Translations under genes and position numbers: made by a program | Notes under the pieces: model-generated | Databases searched by the model: none | What the model saw: only the letters and a program-made list of their open reading frames with translations | What the model was told of the DNA's origin: nothing | Shown here: positions 45,972-54,431 of the stretch, piece by piece | Numbering within the stretch: the first letter of the stretch is position 1 | How the letters are laid out: every line of letters begins with the position of its first letter | Assembly: GCA_038231275.1 (NCBI GenBank) | Contig: JBBRLQ010000002.1 | Span: 1 to 64,000 of the forward strand | Origin: Polyangiales bacterium | Lineage (GTDB): Bacteria; Myxococcota_A; Polyangia; Polyangiales; Polyangiaceae | Length of the DNA: 64,000 nt | Direction of reading: 5' to 3'

Positions 45972-47774
45972 ATGACGGAGAAGCGGCGTCTCGCGATCGC
46001 GTCGGGCGCGCTGGCGCTGGCGACCGTGCTCTACGCCCTCCTCGTCGTGAAGGACTTCTCGGGGCCGCTCATCGGCACCGACGACACGCCGCTCTACGAG
46101 TACCTCGGATACCACCTCCGGGATCACTACCGCTTCGGCCTCCCGCCCGACCTCGGCCTCCTGACGAACGACGTCGGCTACTGGCACGGGACGAGCGCGG
46201 CGTATTTGCCGTGGTGCGCCGAGCGCGATCTCGGCGCGGCGGCTCTCTTGCGCGCGTTCGGCCCGGGCCCGTGGCTTCAGCTCTACGCCGCCGCGTCGCC
46301 GGCGATCGGAGCGTTCGGGACGCTCTTCTTGCTCCGGCGCGAGGTCGGCGTGACGCGCGCCGCGCTCGTGGCGTTCGCCGGCAATTTCATGGCCTTCTAC
46401 GCGGCCTACAAATTCCCCTACCACGTGAACATCGCGTGCCTTCACTGGTGCGTCCTGTCGATCGTCTGCGATTTCGTGATCACACGGCGCATCCTCGAGG
46501 ATCGCCCCATCGACGCATTGCTGCTCCTCGTCCGCGCTGCGCTGATGACGTTGCTCATCGGGCTCGATCTCCCTTACGTCGCCGGCTATCCGCTCACGTT
46601 CTTCACCGTGTCGCTCGCGTTCTGGATCGGGCGCTGGGTCTTCGTCGCGCGGCGCTGCGGAGTGAACCTGCGCTCCTATTTTCCGAAGGCGCCGCTCGCC
46701 GATCTCGCGAAGACGCCCATCCTCACCGCGCTCGCCGCCGCCGGGTTCCTCTTCGGCGCCATCGTGTACGTCCCCTTCGCGTTCGCGATCGTCCGCGGCT
46801 CGCGTGTCTATTCGTTCGACGACGCCGGCGGAAATTTTTGGGCGAGCTGGCCGCGCCTCCTCTTGCCGTTTCTTCCCGGCGCGAACCCGTCCTCGGGCTG
46901 GGTGACGGGCATCTTCGGCGACGTCGAGGGCGTCGCCGAGTACTGCGTCGGGTGGGCGCTGCTCGGCTTCGCGGCGCTCGGTGTCCACGCGGCGGCCCGA
47001 CGGCGGGCGTGGCTCACTGTGGGTCCGCTCCTCGTCACGTTCCTCCTCTGCTACGCGTTTCACCCGAAGCGTTTCCCTACCCTCCACCTGTTCCCGTGGT
47101 TCTTCTTCAACCGGGTCGCGGGTCGATCGACCGTGGTCTTTCCGCTCCTCCTCGCGCTGATGGCCCTCCAGTGGGAGCCGCGCGGAAAGCGTGTACTCTA
47201 CATTCTCTTCGGCCTGGCCCTCGCCGAGACCGCGACGGCGTACACGCTCGTGAACCACTACACGCCGATGCACTTCGACGCGCAGGTCCGCGCGTACTTC
47301 GCGGCCGTGCGAGGCAGCGACGGCGAGGCGATCCTCGAGTGGCCCTTCTGCGTCGCGGGCGGCAACGGCGTCGGCACGAGCGAGCTCTGTCCGTACTACG
47401 GCGTCCAGTCGACGGCGTTCACGAACAGGCGGTTCTTCGACAAGAAGGTCGTCAGCTTCTACTTCAGCCGGCTCCACCCGAGCCAGGTCACGCCGCGCGC
47501 CGAGCTCGCCGCGCTCTTCAACCCCGATGACCCCGACGTCCACAAGGCGCGCCGCGAGACGCGGTGCTTCGACGACGGGCAGTGGGCGCTCTTCGATCGG
47601 ACCTACCACCAGCACGATTTCGGCGGGATCCAGCTCTACGTCGACCGCCTGCCCGCGTCGTGCGTCGAGCAGTTCCACGCGCGCTACGGGGCGCCTGCGG
47701 CGAGCGCGATCATGCCGGGGCTAGGTCGCGTCGAGCTCCTCCGCCGCGCGCCGCGGCCGCGGACGGTGGAGTGA
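45972..47774 (+). CDS. Polytopic membrane protein, GT-C/YfhO-like
   Basis: Many TM segments, acidic DD in the first loop, soluble C-terminal domain (ILEWP). Confidence 0.7.
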   Translation: MTEKRRLAIASGALALATVLYALLVVKDFSGPLIGTDDTPLYEYLGYHLRDHYRFGLPPDLGLLTNDVGYWHGTSAAYLPWCAERDLGAAALLRAFGPGPWLQLYAAASPAIGAFGTLFLLRREVGVTRAALVAFAGNFMAFYAAYKFPYHVNIACLHWCVLSIVCDFVITRRILEDRPIDALLLLVRAALMTLLIGLDLPYVAGYPLTFFTVSLAFWIGRWVFVARRCGVNLRSYFPKAPLADLAKTPILTALAAAGFLFGAIVYVPFAFAIVRGSRVYSFDDAGGNFWASWPRLLLPFLPGANPSSGWVTGIFGDVEGVAEYCVGWALLGFAALGVHAAARRRAWLTVGPLLVTFLLCYAFHPKRFPTLHLFPWFFFNRVAGRSTVVFPLLLALMALQWEPRGKRVLYILFGLALAETATAYTLVNHYTPMHFDAQVRAYFAAVRGSDGEAILEWPFCVAGGNGVGTSELCPYYGVQSTAFTNRRFFDKKVVSFYFSRLHPSQVTPRAELAALFNPDDPDVHKARRETRCFDDGQWALFDRTYHQHDFGGIQLYVDRLPASCVEQFHARYGAPAASAIMPGLGRVELLRRAPRPRTVE

Positions 47775-48553
47775 CGCGCGCGACTGCACGGCGGCTGTCG
47801 CTGCTCGGCGCCGCATTGCTCGGCGCGTCGAGCTGCGTTCGTGCGCCTGCGCCGCCCGTTCCATCCATCGATCCGCCGCGAGCGCGCGTGCTCCACGTGG
47901 TCGCCGTCGGCGCGCACCCCGACGATCCGGAGTCGGGCTGCGGTGGCACCCTCGCGCGCTACGCGGAGGCCGGGCACGCCGTGACGATCGTCTACCTCAC
48001 GCGCGGCGAGCTCGGCATCGAGGGCCGGCCGCCGGAAGAAGTGGCGAAGACACGCAGCCGCGAAGCGCTCGAGGCCTCGAGGATCCTCGGCGCGAAGGCC
48101 ATCTTCGCGGGCCAGACGAACGGGAACATGGAGGCCACCGACGCGCGGGCAGCGGAGCTCACCCGAATTCTAGAGGACGCAACGCCGGACGTCCTCCTCG
48201 CGCCGTGGCCGCTCGACACCGATCCCGAGCATCAGATCGCGTCCGCGCTCACGATGCGGGCGAAGTCCTCGTTGCGCTACGCCGTCGCGCTCTACTTCTA
48301 CGAGCTCGACACGGGCACCGACACAATCGGTTACGCGCCGACCTCCTACGTCGACATCTCGAGGGTGCGCGCTCGAAAAATCCTCGCCCTGCGCGCGCAC
48401 GCCAGCCAGAGCTTCGCGAACTTGTACGAGCGCCACGACGCGAAGATCGAGGAGTTCCGAGGCCGCGCGATCGGCGCTACCGCGGCCGAGGCCTTCGTCG
48501 TCTTTTCGGCGTCCGCCGGCCGCGGCGCGACCGGTTCGTTACCGGGGCTGTGA
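47771..48553 (+). CDS. PIG-L family deacetylase, probable lipoprotein
   Basis: GTG start overlaps the upstream stop; AHPDD..GCGGTL, TRGE, AHASQ, AEAF. Confidence 0.9.
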   Translation: MTRATARRLSLLGAALLGASSCVRAPAPPVPSIDPPRARVLHVVAVGAHPDDPESGCGGTLARYAEAGHAVTIVYLTRGELGIEGRPPEEVAKTRSREALEASRILGAKAIFAGQTNGNMEATDARAAELTRILEDATPDVLLAPWPLDTDPEHQIASALTMRAKSSLRYAVALYFYELDTGTDTIGYAPTSYVDISRVRARKILALRAHASQSFANLYERHDAKIEEFRGRAIGATAAEAFVVFSASAGRGATGSLPGL

Positions 48554-48620
48554 CGCCGGCGGCGACGATCGACGTTGTCCGTCACAGATCCGCGTGCTAC
48601 CGGGTCGTGCCGGAACGGCG

Positions 48621-49610
48621 ATGCAGACTTCGTGGCAGAGCACGCTCGACCCCCACGAACGCGACGCCTACTCCGCGTTCCTCGAGGGCGCGTCGGACGG
48701 GCACTTCACGCAAGATCCGGCGTTCGCGGCGGTCGCCGTGGCCGGCAAACGTCGCGCGACCCGCTTCTTCGTGGCGCGTGAGGGGAAAGAGATCGTGGGG
48801 GTCGCGGCGGTGCTTCGCGTGCGCGCGCTCGGACCGCTCCTCGCGCCGGTCGGCATCGTGCAGCGTGGCCCCGCCTGCGGTGATCCCTCGAAGCTCGAGG
48901 CGGTCCTGCGCGCGCTCGTTCGTACCTCTCGCTTTCACGGAATCGCGCGCCTCGCGGTGATGCCGTATTGGGCGGGCGCGCAGGTGGAGCAGGCGACCGC
49001 GGCGCTCGTCGCGGCAGGCTTCCACAGCGTGCAGGAGGTCGACGGCGCCCACGCCTTCACGCTGCGCCTCGACATCGGCGGCAAATCGGACGAACAAATC
49101 CTCTCGGGCAGCGATCACAAGAAGCTCCGCTACGAGCTCAAGAGCGCGGAGCGCGCCGGCGTCGTCGTCCGCCGCGGAGAGGCCGCCGACTTCGCCGTCG
49201 TCGAGAAGCTGGAGCGCGAGCTCGCCCTCGCGCAGGGACGCCGCGTCCAATCCCCGGAGTGGTTCGCGGCGCTCGCGTCCTACATGACGAAGGACGACCG
49301 CCGCGGCGCGTTCTTCGTCAGCTCCCACGACGGCGAGCCGATCGCCGCCGCGCTCGTCCTTCGCCACGCAAAGACCACCGTGTACCTCGCCGGCGCATCG
49401 ATCGTCGCGCCGCGCCCCTATTCGAAGATGGCGCTGCCGCTCTTCGCCGCCGTCAAATGGGCGCGCGACGTCGGCTGCGACGTGTTCGATCTCGGCGGCG
49501 TCCCCGCCGAAGGCGACACCGATCCGAAGCGCGCGGCGATCGCCCAGTTCAAGCGCGACTTCTCGAAGACGCCAGTGCCCCTCGTCCCCGAGCACGCGCG
49601 CTGGTTCTAG
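48621..49610 (+). CDS. FemAB/FemX-like GNAT-fold aminoacyltransferase
   Basis: HFTQ, RGP, LRYELKSAERAGV, WARDVGCDVFDLGG, QFKRDF. Confidence 0.85.
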   Translation: MQTSWQSTLDPHERDAYSAFLEGASDGHFTQDPAFAAVAVAGKRRATRFFVAREGKEIVGVAAVLRVRALGPLLAPVGIVQRGPACGDPSKLEAVLRALVRTSRFHGIARLAVMPYWAGAQVEQATAALVAAGFHSVQEVDGAHAFTLRLDIGGKSDEQILSGSDHKKLRYELKSAERAGVVVRRGEAADFAVVEKLERELALAQGRRVQSPEWFAALASYMTKDDRRGAFFVSSHDGEPIAAALVLRHAKTTVYLAGASIVAPRPYSKMALPLFAAVKWARDVGCDVFDLGGVPAEGDTDPKRAAIAQFKRDFSKTPVPLVPEHARWF

Positions 49611-49620
49611 ACGAAGCGGA

Positions 49621-51342
49621 CTACGGAGCGTCGACGCGCTCGTAGATCGTCAACCGGTCCTGGTGGAACTTCACGTGGTACGCCGCGGGCACCAGCGACG
49701 CGGCCTCGGCCGGCGCGTCCCACATGAGCACGTGATCGTAGAGCGGCAACGCGGCCGCCCAGAACTCCGCCCAGTGCTTGAGCCACGGCTCGTGGCACTC
49801 CGAGTAGACGCCGGACTGACGCAGCATGGTGCACGTCGCGAGATCCGACCCCATCGTCGGCGCGAACGACTCGAGCATGAGGTGGTTGAACTGAACCTGC
49901 GGCGGCGGGTCCGAGTACATGACCGGGAACGATCGCGAGTGCGCGAAGAGGAGCGGCGCGCTCGTCTGCTTCTCCATCACGTAGAAGCCCCACCCGTGGA
50001 TGAGGCTGCGTGTGTTCTCGCTCGTGATCTGACGCGAGAAGAGGAGCGGCAGCAGCTTCGCCCCTTGCGGCACGTAAGGGATGCCGGCCACGAACTTCTG
50101 GCGGTCCGCTTCCAAGCGGACGAAGTCGACGCCGAGTCCGAGCGAATAGAGGACCGCCGAGAGCCCCAGGAGGCCCAGGATCTTCTTCGGATGCGGCAAC
50201 CGATCGGGCACGCGCACGAGCGCGAAGAGCCAGAGGTATGGGATGAGCCGCGAATTCACGTGGAACCAGTTCGTCGCCGTGTACGGCATCACGAGATACA
50301 GCGCACCGACGACGAAGAAGGCGACGGGCCCGAAGAACGGCACCTTGTCCTTGCGGTAGACCCACGCGAACACCGCGAGGCCCACCGCCGGAACGAAGCT
50401 CGAGATCTCGAGCTTCGTGAAGCTCCAGAGGTACTCGGCCCAAAGATGGTAGAAGAGCTCCCAGACCGGCAGCGTCCGCGACAGGTTGAGGAACCCCTGG
50501 ACGGCCCCCTGCGGCTCCGTCCAGTGATCGTAGAGCGACACGGCGAGCATCACGGTCGCCGGCGCGATCGGCACGAGGAGCCGCATCGCGCGCTGCATGC
50601 GGGCACGCCACGACGGCTGCGTCGCCGCCTCGACGACGATCAAGAGGTGAACGGCCAGGAGCGCGAACGCGTGCGCGTACCACGTGGCGCAGGCCAGCGC
50701 GACGAGCCCCGCGCTGCGCGGAAGCGAGAAGGTCGGCGCGCGCGCGTGACGATGCAGCGCGAGCAGCAAGAGGAGCGAGAGCGGGACGCCGAGCGCGAAG
50801 TCGAGCATCCCCATGCTCACGAACCAGTTGTGGACCATCGGCCAGGCGAAGAACGCCGCGACGACCATCTTCCGCCGGCTGCTCGTCAGATCGAGGACCA
50901 CGCGCGGCAGCACCATTGCGTTCAGCGCGAGGACCGCCAGCGTGAAGATCTTCGCGCCGAGCGCGACCGGCATGAGCCTGCTGCTGAGGTGCAGCCACGT
51001 GAAGAGCGCGGCGTTCGTCTTGAGGAAGCCGTTCGACACGAACTCCGGGTACGCGCTCGGGTGATCGATGACGGTGACCGCCGCGAGGTGATTCGCCAGA
51101 TCCTGGTACGGCGGCACCGGCGTCAGCGCGAGCGGCCACGCCGAGATCGCGAAGAGGACCCCGCCAATCGCCGCCGCGAGCTGCCGATCGCTGAGCAAAC
51201 CAAGCTCCCGACGCGCACGCCCGAGCAACCCTCCCGTCCCGAGATCGACGAACGGCGCCGTTCCCGTCCCGAGAGGGGCGAGCGACTGCGGTGAGCCAAC
51301 GGCAGACGTCTCGAACGCCGTCCGGCTGTCGACCTTTTGCAT
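49621..51342 (-). CDS. Polytopic membrane protein, GT-C-like
   Basis: PPYQDLANHLA first-loop motif, MGMLDF, many TM helices. Confidence 0.75.
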   Translation of the reverse strand: MQKVDSRTAFETSAVGSPQSLAPLGTGTAPFVDLGTGGLLGRARRELGLLSDRQLAAAIGGVLFAISAWPLALTPVPPYQDLANHLAAVTVIDHPSAYPEFVSNGFLKTNAALFTWLHLSSRLMPVALGAKIFTLAVLALNAMVLPRVVLDLTSSRRKMVVAAFFAWPMVHNWFVSMGMLDFALGVPLSLLLLLALHRHARAPTFSLPRSAGLVALACATWYAHAFALLAVHLLIVVEAATQPSWRARMQRAMRLLVPIAPATVMLAVSLYDHWTEPQGAVQGFLNLSRTLPVWELFYHLWAEYLWSFTKLEISSFVPAVGLAVFAWVYRKDKVPFFGPVAFFVVGALYLVMPYTATNWFHVNSRLIPYLWLFALVRVPDRLPHPKKILGLLGLSAVLYSLGLGVDFVRLEADRQKFVAGIPYVPQGAKLLPLLFSRQITSENTRSLIHGWGFYVMEKQTSAPLLFAHSRSFPVMYSDPPPQVQFNHLMLESFAPTMGSDLATCTMLRQSGVYSECHEPWLKHWAEFWAAALPLYDHVLMWDAPAEAASLVPAAYHVKFHQDRLTIYERVDAP

Positions 51343-51633
51343 CACCACGGGGACGAGGAGCTCCTGAGCTGCGACATGGAGAAGGTCATGAAGATAAGTG
51401 GCCGGAACCGGTCCGACCCGTGGATGTCCCTAGCAAAGCCTGGCCCAGCGGGGAACCCAAGAAAAAGGCCAAAAACCGCCACGCCGGACCTTAGCCGAAC
51501 TGGCGCAGGGCTCGCCAGACTGACGTGACGATCATGGTTTTCCGTGGTGAGACAGATCGCCCCTATTTTCGTCATGCATTCAACACTTACTTAGGCACAC
51601 ATCCCGCAAAGGACGCGTCGGGAGAGCCGACGA

Positions 51634-52800
51634 GTGCCTACGGGAGCCAATCATTCCAGCGATCTACCGCGCAGCAGCGCGGTCGGGGTGCGACGCGCGA
51701 CCCCCAGGGGCTGGATCAAGGGTGCCCTGCAAAGCCCCCTCGCCCTCCTCTTGTTGTCGTCGCTGGCAGGCGCCGCCGCCGGCTGCAGCGCGCCGTCCGA
51801 CGGTCATCCTCTCGAGGTCGGCACGGAGCGAGAGGCGATTTTCTCCGGGACCGTCGACGACGACGACCACGCGAGTGATGGGGTCGTGTCGATCAAGATC
51901 GGCAACGGCACGTCGTTCGAGCTCTGCTCGGGGTCCCTCTTGGCGCCGAACGTGGTCCTTACCGCGCGCCACTGCGTGAGCAAATCGGTGACGAGCACGG
52001 TGTCGTGCAACGAGCTCGGCCAGAGCGGCAACGGCGACCACGTCGGCGAGGACGAGGAGCTCGGCCGTGTGCACGTCTACAGCGGGACGAAGCCCTCGTA
52101 CGCCGGAGCCGCCGCGGCGGGCGTCCGCGCCATCGTCCACCCCCAGGGCGGCATCCTCTGCAACGCCGACATCGCGCTCCTCGTCCTCGACTCCGACGTG
52201 CACGACGTGGCCCCCATGCGCGTTCGCCTCGGCAGCACGCCGCACTCCGACGAAGCCGTGCGCGCGGTGGGCTATGGGCAGAACGATCGCGCCGTCCCCG
52301 TGGGGACGCGCCTCCGCAAGGACGCCGTGAAGGTCCTCGCGGTCGGCCAGCGCGTGTCGGAGAGCCAGACGCCCCTCGGTTCGCACGAGTTCGAGGTCGG
52401 CCTCTCGATCTGCCAGGGCGACTCCGGAGGTCCTGCGATCAGCGAAGCGACCGGCGCGGTCATCGGCGTCGTCTCGCGCGGCGGCGGCTGCGGCGACGAC
52501 TTCGGGCACATCTACACGACGACCAGCGGCTGCACGGACCTGATTTACCAGGCCTTCGCGCTGGCGGGCGGCGCGCCGCTCGATGAAGGCACCGACCCGC
52601 GCGCCGGCGAGACCAAGCCCACGCCCTCCGACGATACGGAGGCGCCGCGCACCGCATCTCCGAGCGCGCACGGCTGCGCGATCGGCGCGCCCGGCAATGG
52701 CGGGAGCGGCGCCCACGACGACGGAGTCTTCGCATGGCTGGCGGCGCTCGCGTTCGCGGCGAGCGTCGTGCAGCGCCGCCGTCAGGGCGTGAAGTCGTAG
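51634..52800 (+). CDS. Trypsin-like (S1) serine protease, lipoprotein-like with C-terminal sorting tail
   Basis: LTARHC, DIALL, CQGDSGGP catalytic triad; start uncertain. Confidence 0.93.
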   Translation: MPTGANHSSDLPRSSAVGVRRATPRGWIKGALQSPLALLLLSSLAGAAAGCSAPSDGHPLEVGTEREAIFSGTVDDDDHASDGVVSIKIGNGTSFELCSGSLLAPNVVLTARHCVSKSVTSTVSCNELGQSGNGDHVGEDEELGRVHVYSGTKPSYAGAAAAGVRAIVHPQGGILCNADIALLVLDSDVHDVAPMRVRLGSTPHSDEAVRAVGYGQNDRAVPVGTRLRKDAVKVLAVGQRVSESQTPLGSHEFEVGLSICQGDSGGPAISEATGAVIGVVSRGGGCGDDFGHIYTTTSGCTDLIYQAFALAGGAPLDEGTDPRAGETKPTPSDDTEAPRTASPSAHGCAIGAPGNGGSGAHDDGVFAWLAALAFAASVVQRRRQGVKS

Positions 52801-54398
52801 AGCCCGCCGACGCACGGATAGCCCGCGTCGCCAGGACCGCTGGGATTCACGCCGCCCACGCAGCCGCTGTTCCCATCGTCGACGTAGACGCCGATCGACT
52901 TGGCGCCCTTGCGCACGACCTCGAGCGTCGCGCCGTTGTCTCCGTTTGCACGCGGCATGAACGCGTCGCCGATCGCGAGGAAGTAGATGCCGTCGTTGTC
53001 GTACGCGTCGAACGTCATCCCCGTGAGCTCGCTGGCCGTGTACGCGCGATCGAGCGGCAGCGCGAGGCGCTTCCAGCCTGGGTTGCCGGTGAAATAGTCC
53101 GCGGTCATCTGCGGCCCGCTCAAGACCTGGCCCCCCTGCGTCTTCACCCGGAGGACGAATCCCCCGCTCACCGCGAGCGCGCAGACCCGATCGCCGGAGC
53201 CGTTCACGTCGGCGGCCTGCACGTCGACGAAGAGGTAACGATCCATCGGCAAGCACTTGGCGCCGTCGACCTTGCCTTCGCGTTTCAGCTCGCCGTCGGT
53301 CACGCGGTAGAGCCACGGCGCGTAGACGTCGAGCAAGGCCTCGCGACGACCGAACGCCTTCGCGTAGCCGATCGCGTCGAGATCGACGGGAAGCGGGCGG
53401 ATCGTCACCACGAAGGGCCCGTCGTTCGCCGCATCGTTGCCGGGGTTCTTGGTGTTCCAGCCGTCGAGATCGCCGTCGGCTTTGGCGTCGCTGCCGGTGC
53501 CGCACGTCTGCCCGTAGCCGCCGCGGCTCTCGAAGAGGCGGTTGTGGCCGTCGCCGTAATAGAGGATGGGATGCGCGGCCTCCATGCGCGGCGCGCCGGC
53601 GGTCACCGGCAACGTTCCGGTGCAGCGCTCCCATTGGGGCGTGCCGGAATACGTGTAGATTCCCTCGATGTCGGCGCCGCGTCCCCAGCGCGCGATCTCG
53701 GCTTGCATGCCCGACGCGCCGCCGCCGCAGAGCGCGACGGTGCCGCCGTTCTCGTTCGTGTAGACGAGCTCGTAGTGCTTTCGTGACTTGGACCAGCCGA
53801 GGACGATCGGGAGATCGTCGAAGCGCTTGGTGACCGGCCACGTCAGGATCGGCGCGTTCGCGACGCCCTCGTCACCCGCCGCGAGCACTGCGCCGCCCAC
53901 GCACGCGCGCTTGGTCGCAGAGGCGGCCGAGAGCGCCGAGACCTTCACGGACACGATGTCCCCCGCCGCGAGCGCGCCGGCGTGCATTCCGTACGTGAAG
54001 TCGATCGCGCCTTGGTGCATCACGACGTGACCGAGCAGCGACGCGCCGCGGTACACCTCGAGGACGAGCGCCTCGTTGCCTTTCTGCTCCCACGACGTCT
54101 TGCTGGTGCTCCTCGCCGTGAAGGTCAACGTCGCCTCGCCTGCTTGCAACGCGGTGGCGATCGGGACCTTGACCTGATCGGTCACGTCGATGCATGTCGC
54201 ACCGTCGACCGCGTTGCCGTCGCCCGCGTCGTCGGTCGCGCTGCCGTCGGCCGTGCCCTCGCCACCGCCGTCGGGCGGCGCGCTGGCGTCCGGTAGGGTT
54301 GCTCCGTCCGCGCCGCCGTCGTCGAGGGACGACACCGCTCCGGTCGTCGCGCATGCGGCGCAGGTCACGACGACGGCGAGGGCGATCCGGGCGCGCAC
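52782..54398 (-). CDS. Hypothetical lipoprotein
   Basis: Signal peptide with Cys, DG-rich linker, globular beta-rich domains. Confidence 0.8.
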   Translation of the reverse strand: MRARIALAVVVTCAACATTGAVSSLDDGGADGATLPDASAPPDGGGEGTADGSATDDAGDGNAVDGATCIDVTDQVKVPIATALQAGEATLTFTARSTSKTSWEQKGNEALVLEVYRGASLLGHVVMHQGAIDFTYGMHAGALAAGDIVSVKVSALSAASATKRACVGGAVLAAGDEGVANAPILTWPVTKRFDDLPIVLGWSKSRKHYELVYTNENGGTVALCGGGASGMQAEIARWGRGADIEGIYTYSGTPQWERCTGTLPVTAGAPRMEAAHPILYYGDGHNRLFESRGGYGQTCGTGSDAKADGDLDGWNTKNPGNDAANDGPFVVTIRPLPVDLDAIGYAKAFGRREALLDVYAPWLYRVTDGELKREGKVDGAKCLPMDRYLFVDVQAADVNGSGDRVCALAVSGGFVLRVKTQGGQVLSGPQMTADYFTGNPGWKRLALPLDRAYTASELTGMTFDAYDNDGIYFLAIGDAFMPRANGDNGATLEVVRKGAKSIGVYVDDGNSGCVGGVNPSGPGDAGYPCVGGLYDFTP

Positions 54399-54431
54399 CC
54401 GTTCACGATAGCAGGGCGTCGCCGCAGTGCC

